A DNA stretch of 63,660 bases, the filler included, from Craspedostauros australis (lineage: Eukaryota), in the NCBI GenBank assembly GCA_030167865.1. It is 6 parts of 6 records of this genome, joined end to end, with 100 filler letters (N's around TTAATTAATTAA, not from the genome) between each part and the next. Parts side by side here need not be neighbours in the genome. Positions count along the whole stretch, not along the records: positions 1 to 19,643 come from JALAGF010004600.1; 5 more parts are not named here. One strand, written 5' to 3'. Under the pieces are notes generated by a model. That model was not told the DNA's origin, searched no databases, and was given only the letters and a program-made list of their open reading frames with translations. Positions 1 through 10,120 of this stretch are shown piece by piece. Position 1 is the first letter of the stretch. Each line of letters opens with the position of its first letter. The translations under genes were made by a program, and so were the position numbers.

Positions 1-802
1 TGCTCAAGTGGCTCCAATGTCGCCGGCAAGCGCACCCCGACCTAGGTCAAGGTTGATGCAGCTCCAGCGAACCGGACATGCATATTACACAAAATCACAA
101 CACACAGATTCCGTGCTCCCCTCGCGCCAGGCGCGAGGTTGAAAGGAGGCGGAGAAAAGCGCCACCGGCGCAGCCTCATAAGAGGGTTTAATCTTTGCGT
201 TTTTATTTATAAGGCACTGCTATCGATGAAAAGATCGACCCAGAAAATTAAAATAGGATCTAACTAAACATATTTATCGATTCAGTACTTATAATACAAG
301 GAGATTCTATGGATTACGGACATGTGCTTGGTTTGGAAATCTCAGATGTAAAGGTAGAATGTCCATTGCAAACAGTTGGTCGACTCGCTATCCGGTACGA
401 TCGCATCCCACAATTGGTGGTTCTGAAGTGCGCGACTGAGACGAAGTCACGTGATTCGATGAAACGTCTGTCTTTCCATCCGGGTCGTGTGGCTTCTCCA
501 CCACCCGATCAGCACATTGCGCTTGCAACCACAAACGTCGAAGTCACCACCAAGAGCACGCTCAATTGCACGAGTAAATCCCACCAACCCATCAGAGTCA
601 TCATCGACATCCACATCTCGACACATCAAGCGAACACAAATCTGCAGACAGGATCTCAGCAAGCTCCTCTCTGTGGACATCATGCATTCGGTGCGCAACG
701 CTTGCCCTGCCTGATGGCACACAATCTACTCTACCGTCGGTAGGAGCAATGGTAAACATCCGCCAGGGAGAGTAATGCCACACGCGCAACAAGAACAAGA
801 CC

Positions 803-1594
803 ATGTCGCTTCCGCAGCTGAACCAGCAGTTTCGACAGGACGCGGTGCGCATCGTCCAAGTCGAGTGTGACAGTGTATCAACGCACAGGGTGCAACATCA
901 GCAACGAGGCCACAAGCCCAATCTTGGCGGTGTAGATGATGCAAGCATCTCATCGCAGATCGTCACGCGCGCGCTTCTGGATCGCTTGCCAACCTTCCAT
1001 GATCTCGAATCGAACGTTTCTGCGACCACGTCCAACGCGCAGCACCAACCCATCGTTTGCGTATGCGAGAGATGTGGAAGCATCCTTCATCCAGGTTACC
1101 AAGGCACCTCGCTCACAGTCCAGCGAACCAAACGCGCCACCGCGTCCATGCGACGCAGGCGACTGCGACAGCAGAAGCAAGCACGGTTGCGAGAACAGCG
1201 CACAATCAAGGGCTTTCGGAACAACCGCAGGCCTGACAGGACGCCGCCCACCAACGCACCGGCCATCGTCGTTGCGGTGCTGCGCGAGGATCCCGCTCAC
1301 TGCTGGGCGCTGGAAAGGCACCATTTGAAGCTTGCGTGCGGCAGCTGCGCGCACAAGATCCGGCTGATCGGATTGAAACGCCAACAAGCCCCCGTCGTGG
1401 CTGCATCCGCGCCACAAAAACGCAAGACCGCAGCAGTCGCTGCAGTGTCGGAGAGCTCGGAATTCGTTGCGCTGCCACCAGTCGCCCAACCCAACGCTGC
1501 GCTGACGGTGGATGCAGTCAAGAAAAGGAAGAAGAAAAAGAAGAAACTCCAAGGAGGAAAGCTGATGAGCTTCCTCTCCAAGCTTAACGACTGA
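803..1594 (+). CDS. Rpr2/Rpp21/Snm1-family zinc-ribbon protein (RNase P or RNase MRP subunit)
   Basis: 263-aa ORF with CERCGSILHPG (CxxC-x2-L-x-PG) and a distal LACGSC pair, the Rpr2 zinc-ribbon pattern. Basic KKRKKKKKK NLS and terminal LMSFLSKL. Confidence 0.7.
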   Translation: MSLPQLNQQFRQDAVRIVQVECDSVSTHRVQHQQRGHKPNLGGVDDASISSQIVTRALLDRLPTFHDLESNVSATTSNAQHQPIVCVCERCGSILHPGYQGTSLTVQRTKRATASMRRRRLRQQKQARLREQRTIKGFRNNRRPDRTPPTNAPAIVVAVLREDPAHCWALERHHLKLACGSCAHKIRLIGLKRQQAPVVAASAPQKRKTAAVAAVSESSEFVALPPVAQPNAALTVDAVKKRKKKKKKLQGGKLMSFLSKLND

Positions 1595-2818
1595 AGGCCT
1601 TAGACACGGTACGTCCGCACTGAACATGTTTGGTTGGTTGAAGACGCCCCACACATGCATTTACCGAAGTGATTGATCTCATTCTTTCCCCGTCTGACCG
1701 ATACATGCAGACGCAGCGAAAGGCCCCGTCCCATAAGCCAGTGGACACTTGGGGTGAACTCTGATCGGTGCACATGCATCTTGGGTGTTGACTCTCCAAT
1801 TCTTCTTCTTGCCGCATCATCAACTTGTATCTCACCGCTCGAAATCTTGCTCTGTCCCTTTCCTTTCTTCCACAATCAGAACCAGGAGCACTGTAGATAG
1901 AGATTCAAGGCAAAGCGTGAACTTGGACGGGGCGCCAGAGTACATGCATAGACGTGAAGGTATAGAGAGTGGAGTAATAGATAGAGCAGACACATCATAG
2001 ACTAAACGTAGTGCGTGATAGCGTGTAGAGTAGTCCTTCGTTGAGAACCGACGCGTGGAGGCAACGCAGCCGCGACGATGCACGACTACCATCTCCGGCG
2101 ATACGACTAGCTTCGCAAAGCACGTGATTGGAGTTTGATCTGCTGGCGCGTGTCATTGCGTCCGCAATGCTGAATGCGACGTGATCACTTATGGGATGTG
2201 CCGTTGCGTATTTGTCACATGCGACAGCGCTGCACAAATTTGAATTAACTCATGGGGATGCCATGTCGGATGTGCCATTTGTTTTGTTTTCGTTGTGTTT
2301 GGATTCCTCCGCTGGCGTAATTTGTTGGTTGGTTGGTGTGCTTCTTGGCGCAAACTGGTTTCTGCGTCGTGTTGGTTTGCGCCGCTTTGGTTTGGCCCGG
2401 TTTGTTCGGACAGAAACGACAACCACAAACATCGATCCGTTGGTGTCTCTGCGTTCTGCACCATCAGGAAGACGAACAATTGGAGTAGACTGTGAGCAGA
2501 AGAGACGCAGCCGCACGACTACCCTGCTCTCTGTGGCTCCTTTGTCGTGGAAATACTCTCGATTGCAAGTGGAAGGCAGGCCAAGGACAGGTCTTGCATC
2601 CATTGAACGAAGAGGGTCACACCCGATTCGGAAGCAAAGCAAAGGCCCCAGAGCCGACTTCGCAACCAAGAAAGGCCGACAGGTGTTTCGCGCGCTCTCG
2701 CTCTGTTGGTTCGCAGTCCTGGGCTGCAACCGCCGCTCTGTCGCAAACTGTGGGCGCTCGACTCCAGCGAAACACAATCTGGCCTCGCCGCACGACTTGT
2801 CGAGACCAACCAACAGCC

Positions 2819-5800
2819 ATGGTGCCTGGGATCAATGTGCCTGCAACGCAGCCGGTTGTTGCCATCGCCCACCCTCAGCCAGCGCAGACAGCCGCAACGC
2901 CAACGCAAGCTGCGGGTACGCAGACTCCCGTCATGGCGGCAAATTCAGACAGCAATGCGTCCAATGGACAACCGCATTCCAGACGGCCCATGTCGTCGTC
3001 CACGGCGAAGCCTCCAAGCGATGGCAAGGAAAGGGATGTGCGCACAGCAGCGGATCAATGCAGCGCCGACTCTGCCGACAATCATGCCCATGCGGGTGCT
3101 TCTGCTCCTCAAACGCCTGTGGACATGGATGTTTCGGAATCAACCGCGAGAAGGTCCGCCTGCACCTCCGCAGAGAGCAACAACGCCAATAACAGCGGCA
3201 ACAATAGCAGCAGCAGCACTAGCAGCACTCGTCCAACTGGTCGGAGAGTGGAGGAAACGGAAGCACGGCTACAACCACAAACAACATCCAGCGCAACGGA
3301 TGCAGCGATCGCAAATGGAAGAACAGGCTCAAATGCCAATGCGATCACACGATCGACCATAAATGCAAATGGCAGTACCCACACAAACGCAGGTGCAGCG
3401 ATTCGTCGCACGCGTGGATCGCAACAGCAGCGGCGCCCACGGCGACCGGCACTGCCGCATCCGCGGATGAACGCCCTCCTGCTCGGCATCTCGTATCCAT
3501 GCGTCAAGTCGCAGATGCAGGAACATGACTTCGATGCGGATATACTAGTGCACAAGCAGCACACGGTGGAACAGGCTGTGGAGTGCGTGCGAAGGGGGAT
3601 ATTCACGGAGATGGACGCTCGCGACCTGGCGCGCTGCATTGCCACGGAAATTGAAGGCGACCTCAATGTCTACACGGTCTCCAAGGAGGTCGGTGCCGTC
3701 TACCGATCCGACCGTCACATGCACGGAAATTTCAACGCTAGAAACTTCTGCAGGTCCCTCAAGAACGCATTCGGATCCGGAATACAGTTCGATCAGGTCA
3801 TATTAGACTACTACTGGATGCCGACGGGATGGCTCGTCACGCGATGGGCCAAAACCCTCTTTCAGCAAACGCTGCCCGATCTTGTCAAGAGCAACGTGCT
3901 CAGGTATCCCACCGATCCCGCCACGCCAAAAATCGATGGCATGGAGATCGGCGTCGTCTACCTCCCCTTCTGCGCGCACGTTTGCAAGGAGCTCGTCGGC
4001 GGCATCAAGCTCCTCAAGCAGTACTACGAGATATCATTCATGAAGAAGGATGAGCTGCCGGCGCATTCGCTGTGGAAGGGCACCATGACGATCGACAGCC
4101 ACACCATGCAAACGCGTCTGGGCAAGCGCCTGGATCAGGAGGAGATATACTGCACCTTCCGACCCAAGGACATCATGGAAAGCATGGAGGATGCTCACAT
4201 CTCCAAGCCGGAGGTCATGAGGATCCTCAACGCCATTGAGGATTACGACAACATCCGCATGATCCGTCTGCGTCCATTGGCGCAGCACCGACCGGGGTAC
4301 ATCGGCAAGCCCGAGCAGGGCGGATTCATCGGCCTCAAATTCAAATCCGCCAAGGAAATCAAAAAGGCCAAGGCGCTGGCCGCCAAGCAAAAGAAGGACA
4401 AGAAGCTCGCCGAAGACGCCAAGGCTAAGGCGGATCGCGTCCTCAAACCAAAGCTCACAACTGACGCAACAATGGATACTGGAAACAGCGACGCTGAAAA
4501 TACCGACGGCGCAACTTCCGACACGGACGACGACGATGAGGACGACGATGACGATGACATCGATATGATGGACGGCGCAGATGATACGGAGCTCATTCTG
4601 GAGACCGATTACTCCGACATGGAAGATGAGGATGATGCCGATCTCATGCAACTGTCGCATGCACCAGCCAAGCTCACGCTCTTCTACCCACGACCGGCGA
4701 TGGACGTCAAATCCTACAACGATCCGGCCGTGCTGCAAAATCATGACATCTCGTGGCACCAATTCATCAAACAATTCCAATGCTATACCCACGCCGTGCA
4801 GTACAAACGACGCAGGACCAAGGTGTCGTCACGTCGGCAGATGGTGGAAGTCGATAAGATCGGCGTGCCCCTTGATCAGGTCGTCACCTACAGCAAGAAG
4901 AACAAGAACCGGAAGAACAAGCAGCTGACCTACCTCTCCACGAATCCGCGTTCCTTCAACTCCAACGCATTCCGGTCCAACGCGTTGTCCGGGTACACGA
5001 ACTCACCGACGCATCAAGATCACGAGTTGAAAGTTCAGCTCGGTTCGTGTCGTGATTACATGATGAGCGGCGCATTCATGCTGTTCCGCATGAAGAATCA
5101 GCGGTTGAAATCGTACGGGCGTGACAAGCTTGGCGAACGTGAATTGAGTAAGTTGGGTTTTGTGCAATGCAAGACGCTCTGTCTGTGTCGATGATCCTCA
5201 CGCATGTGACTCACTTGCATCTTGTGCTTGTATCACACTCTACGATACCACACCATACCACACCATACACACTCTACACTACAATCATGTGCAGCCTGCT
5301 TCGCGATACCGGATACGGAGGTCTGGAAGAAACGGACCACCTATCGGGCTGCGCGTGTCAAACAGCAGCAGGAGGCAGACGCGAATGGCATCGACGAAGA
5401 TCCAACGACCATGAGCGCCTTCTCATCGTTCCGCCTCGCCATCAAGGCGTCGCGTGGTAATCACCACGTCTTTCTCGACAGCATGGAAGAACGCAATGCT
5501 ATCGACGAAGCCAAGGAACGCATTCGCAAAAAGGAATTGGACCTGGCGCCACAGGGAGACGGGGAATCGGGGCCTCCAAAGGGAAAGAGCAAGAAGAAGC
5601 CACCACCGCTAAAGCAGAACACTGTGCCACGACCATTGGTTCGAGTTGCGCGATTTGAACAGATCGTCAAATGGATCGTCAACGGGTACCAGCAGGCAGA
5701 CGATCCGGATGGCGCATTCATCTTTGCGCATGGCTTGGTTCTGGCAGAACACAAACGCACCATCGCCATGACTGCCGAGAAGATGGAGGAGCAGCTTGAA

Positions 5801-7051
5801 TTCGATCGCACCTCTGCCGAGGCTGCCGAAGTCATCACGTCGCCGCAGGACAACAGTGATGGATCTGGGTTGCACCTTCTGATGGATGTCATGGAATGCT
5901 ACGAGATGGTGGAGCTGGCCAAAGGACGTGCCTCGCGAAAGACACAGCGGCAACAGCAACAGCAAAAGCGCAAGTTGGAAAAAGAGAAAGAAGAGCGAGA
6001 CCGCAACCGTCAGCTACAGTCGTACGTGAAAGAACTGCACAACCTCACGGATCACGAACGCATCACGCCGCGCATGAAGAACGCCGCGATCGAAGCGCAG
6101 GGCAAACCGAAGCAAGCTGCGCGTCAAACGAATCGTGTGCGCAACTCCAAGAACAAGACCGTTGCTGCGAAGGCAGTACCAAAGGGTACCAATACCACTT
6201 CCGTCCCATCATCCAAGAAGAAGGCACACGGCAAGCCCAAGCAGTCTTCTCCACCGGATCGATCAAAGGAGCAGCAACAACAGCAGCAGCAGCTGAGAGA
6301 CCTGTACAAATCGTCGAAGAAGAAAAAGTCGGCGCAGCATCCACCAAGTCCAGCCGGCAAGCGCCAACGTGAGCCAATGTCGCCGAGCGCAAAGGGTCAA
6401 GCCAACGCCGATGGTGTCGTGAAGCACGCCAAGCGTCAACGAACGTCGCCATCGGGTTCGCGCAGTAGCGGCAGCCCGAATCAGGAACGTCGTTCGTCGC
6501 TGTCGCGATCCAACCAGACGACCGCCGCAGTCTCCACCAAAAGCCATAGCAGACACCGCGGCACGTCGCACGCGACCAACAGACATCAAGAGAAGGCGTT
6601 CTTGGGCGGCATGGCTGGCGTACCCACAGGCATCAACCTCCGTCTCCACCGCATCAACTCATTCGTTGACTGGATCTCCAGCAAGGAAAAGTACGACCCC
6701 AGCGGCGAGATCCGTCTGCTGCACCATCTCATCCGTGCCGATTCTCGCGGACAGAGCGCCCGCGAGAAGGCCGACCGAATGGAAGCTGCCTTTCAAGAAG
6801 TGCATTCGAAACTCGGCGTGAATTGGGCCGGCGCCGTGCGTGCTCGCATCCACCGGCAGCAGCCACAGCAGCATGCTGGACAGATCCGTGTGCTGGATCC
6901 GGTCTGCGTGAGTCCGTCGCCGCCACCCAACACGATGGATGGGACGGCAACAGCCACGAAAACATCGTCTCCTGCAACCAAAGAGACCTTCGCGGCTCAA
7001 CCATCCAAGTATCACAAATACTATGGTCATGCCGGCAACGGCGGATACTGA
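2819..7051 (+). CDS. Large two-exon protein (~1360 aa): disordered N-terminus, globular alpha/beta domain (3467-4280), acidic tract, basic low-complexity C-terminus. Exons ~2819-5147 and 5295-7051
   Basis: ORFs 2492..5194 and 5222..7051 are in the same frame. GTAAGT donor at 5148 and TGCAG acceptor ending 5294 remove the in-frame TGA and give ...ERELTCFAIPD... The first in-frame ATG is 2819; the true start is uncertain. Confidence 0.75.
5148..5294 (+). other. Spliceosomal GT-AG intron, 147 nt
   Basis: GTAAGT...TGCAG, low-complexity ATACCACACC repeats inside, contains the in-frame stop at 5192-5194, and splicing keeps the frame. Confidence 0.8.
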
Positions 7052-7461
7052 AGTGCGTTCCTCTTGAGCATCAACGACGAATCAAAACACTCTAATCCAC
7101 TCTACCCTCTAGACTTTCTCCCTTACAAGCTACCACACACCTACGTGCATACTGCCGCTGTTGTGTCTTCCATTGTGTATTGCCTTCTCAAGGTTGTCCA
7201 TTCCATGTATGGTACGTAGGTATCACAGAGAGATAACATCACTCGTACGGAATCTGCGCAGACGAACTGATTGGCGTGCGCATCTGCGACCGCCGCGCAC
7301 CCACAGTCCCACAAAGCACTGTTGCACTCTGGAGAGAGTACTCATAGGCACATTAGATAACAAATGGGAATTTTACAAACACGTTATTGTAGAACAGTGT
7401 GGTATGGTGCGAACATGGTACTGTGTCGCAGAGTATGGTACGAGTAATGACACGTCCACGA

Positions 7462-8592
7462 CTACGAATGAACACCACGACGATTGGCCGACGAGGCCGC
7501 TCGGCTGCTGGGCAAGGTTCCCGTGATGGAACTGAAGTTGGTGTCATCGTCATCGTCATCGTCGCCACCCTGCGTCGATGTCATTTGGGTATCATCCTGT
7601 CCCATGTCATCTTCATCCTCGTCGTCATCATCATCATCATCATCGCCGTCGCCGTTCAAGGCAGCTTCGGCGCGACTGCCGTAACTCATCGACGCCGGCA
7701 ACGAAAGGCGCTGCGTCGAATTGGGTTCCTGTGGCAGGTAGATGCGCGACACGCCGCTCCAGTATCCGTAGACTGTGACGAGCGTGACGACAGGAAGGAG
7801 AGTGAGGGAGAAGGCGCATCCGTGCTGATACCGATTGAAGGTGGTCATGAAGGCGGCCGCGGTGTGCGACAGGAGGACCCAGAAGAGGGCCGCGTTGCCG
7901 CCCGACCGAGTGTTCCCGAGGTATCCGCCAAAGGCGCGGCGTTCCGGGATCATCTCCGTGAGGGTGCCGCCGCCGCGCGGGAAGATGAGGCGCCTGCGGA
8001 TGCCGAAGAAGGTGAAGAGCATCCAGAAGACGTCGAGGATGCAGAAGAGGAAGGACTGGATGGCGGAGATGAACAGGCTGGGCACGGCGGGGCAGCTGGG
8101 CTGGTACAAGACGCCGATGTCACCCGATTCGCTGGCCAGGAGAGAGCCGAAGAAGAGGACGGCGTGCATGCCACCGTATCCAGTGCCGGCCGCCAGTCCA
8201 CACGCCATGTCGTTCAATTCCAACTTCAACTTGGCCACGCTCACTTCCGTGGCTTGGGATGGGTGGCTATCGCCCTGCTCCGTCTGCCGGATGGATTGCT
8301 GGATGACGTGCTCGACCTTGTGATAGAGGTTGACGAAGGCGCAGCGGAAGAGGAACTGCGAGATCACGCCCGGGAGGATGGCGGCCCACGGTGCCTCGAA
8401 TCCAATGAGAGGATCGAGGAGGAACCAGAGGATCGCGGAAGTGACGGTGGAGAGCAGGAAGAAGAATGCCGCCGTGATGAAGACGATGATGAGCTGCGCC
8501 TTGGGGAAGGTGATCTGGAAGAAGAGGCACAGGACGGGTGCGAAGCCCAGAAGGGCGGATCCCCACACCAGTGCCTTGCTGTCGGCTGTCAT
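7462..8592 (-). CDS. APH1: Gamma-secretase subunit APH-1 homolog with acidic C-terminal tail
   Basis: About seven hydrophobic segments. N-terminal WGSALLGFAPVLCLF...LIIVFITAAFFFLLS matches APH-1 TM1-2. Also QFLFR (TM3), GLAAGTGYG (GxxxG, TM4) and LSHT (TM6 His). Confidence 0.88.
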   Translation of the reverse strand: MTADSKALVWGSALLGFAPVLCLFFQITFPKAQLIIVFITAAFFFLLSTVTSAILWFLLDPLIGFEAPWAAILPGVISQFLFRCAFVNLYHKVEHVIQQSIRQTEQGDSHPSQATEVSVAKLKLELNDMACGLAAGTGYGGMHAVLFFGSLLASESGDIGVLYQPSCPAVPSLFISAIQSFLFCILDVFWMLFTFFGIRRRLIFPRGGGTLTEMIPERRAFGGYLGNTRSGGNAALFWVLLSHTAAAFMTTFNRYQHGCAFSLTLLPVVTLVTVYGYWSGVSRIYLPQEPNSTQRLSLPASMSYGSRAEAALNGDGDDDDDDDDEDEDDMGQDDTQMTSTQGGDDDDDDDTNFSSITGTLPSSRAASSANRRGVHS

Positions 8593-9190
8593 GGCGGAGA
8601 TGAATTCTCGTCGAGCGTTAGCAGAGTGTCGCGCTCTTAATCGTATATGGTATGCTCGTATTCAGGAGATCAGCGACGATGGGTTGCCCTCAATGGTCTG
8701 TCGTCTGTTGTTGCCGTGCGACGTTGTGGTTGGTGCTGTTGTTGTTGATGGCAAAGGCGATTGAAATGGCGACTCTGTGGAAGCAGACGGTGGTGCCGAA
8801 GATGATCTGATCAATGCGGTCCTCCACAAGGCACGAGATGAGCAACTGTGTGCCCTGTCGACCATCACGATTGTCATCATTGCTCGTTGTGTTTTGGCCA
8901 TCTTTTCTTTCTCCTTGTTTTGACTTTTCGACAGATTTCCAATGTTAAACAGCGAACACCGACACTGACAGGCGCGCAATTGAGCAACGGTCAATGTGGT
9001 GGGCAGTTGTAGTCGATGTAGTCAATGGCATGAAGGGATTGGAATGACCACGTTTGGAATGTACTCTGAATCATCAAACGTGGCTGCAGTTTTGGCCCAC
9101 TTCTTGGGAACCAGCCCAAATCCATGATCGATCTATTCTCCGTCTCCTGATCATCATCCACCCATCTCATGTTCTACTCTGGAATGTCTC

Positions 9191-9214
9191 GAGAGAGAGA
9201 GAGAGAGAGAGAGA
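9191..9214. repeat. (GA)n microsatellite; others at ~43076-43092, 43876-43900 and 44305-44323
   Basis: Direct reading of the sequence. Confidence 0.9.
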
Positions 9215-10120
9215 CAGTGGTTGGATGCGAGGATGGCAACGATAGCATCATCATTGTAATTCTCAGCGACAGTGACAATCGCAGAGTAAGGAAGGTTGAT
9301 CTGTGAGGATCTGAGGGATGATCCATGGTGGTGAAAGTGGACTTCATGATCATGTTCGGGCCGCCGATCATCGTCGATTGCTGCCATACTTCTGATCCAT
9401 TCCATGTCCATCCGATCTGTGCTTGATTGTCGTTCTTGCCGCATCAGAGTTCCTCCAGTATGCTCATCTGGAAACTCCAGTACAGCACCAACACTTGAAT
9501 TTTCAGCAAAGCACAGAGTGTGCAAGAATATTGTTCCACACTCCAGGATGACACATGTACTCGTGCATCATGGAAGTAGCAGCAACAGGATGTACCATAT
9601 CATGTGTTGCTGTATATTCTATAAAATAATGTAATACTCGCATTGTATTGTACATAGCGCTCATCCACAATGGATGGCCATCACCTCTCCGGAGAGAGAG
9701 AGTTTCGCGATTGTTCGTGGACATCCGTGCTTGTTTGCGAGATCCGCCAAATTCAATCACATAGCCAACGGACACGACCCAACCAGGTGTCACGAACGCG
9801 GCCGTTTTGCTGCGCAACGCCCACTCTTATTTTGTGCCACAGCGAGCGGAATCCATTGATACCCACACACACACACGTGCACAACGCAGTATAGTAGCTC
9901 CTCTCGGACAGCATTGCTTTTCGTATCTTCAGTCCACTCCACAAACGAATAGTCGGAGTATGGGGAAAAGAGAGGGGACGCAACAGTGATAGTGACAGCG
10001 ACAGCGACCATTGAATAGATGCACAACGCAATACTATCCTCTTCTATACAATAGAATACAGCGCAAACGTAAACGCAACATCGGTAGTCGTACTCAACGA
10101 CTGCTATACCAGAGCCCACC

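Noticed and set aside
1..195. Palindromes GACCTAGGTC (39-48) and CCTCGCGCC-A-GGCGCGAGG (120-138), then GAGGGTTTAA and a shift to AT-rich DNA, resembling a piggyBac-like end
   Set aside because: No partner terminus or second copy in the window, and the end is not an exact GGG-TTAA.
342..722. Minus-strand ORF (LIGWWRSH, MPN-like) that continues in frame past a TGA
   Set aside because: Short, only a single weak motif resemblance, no splice or codon-bias support.
2191..3192. 333-aa alternative-frame ORF overlapping the start of the 2819 gene
   Set aside because: No motifs and composition typical of off-frame translation.
7399..8640. 413-aa ORF antisense to APH-1, and similar long antisense ORFs at 10094-11257, 20881-22365, 36410-37300 and 60075-62042
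   Set aside because: Expected shadows of GC-rich, codon-biased sense genes; no motifs of their own.
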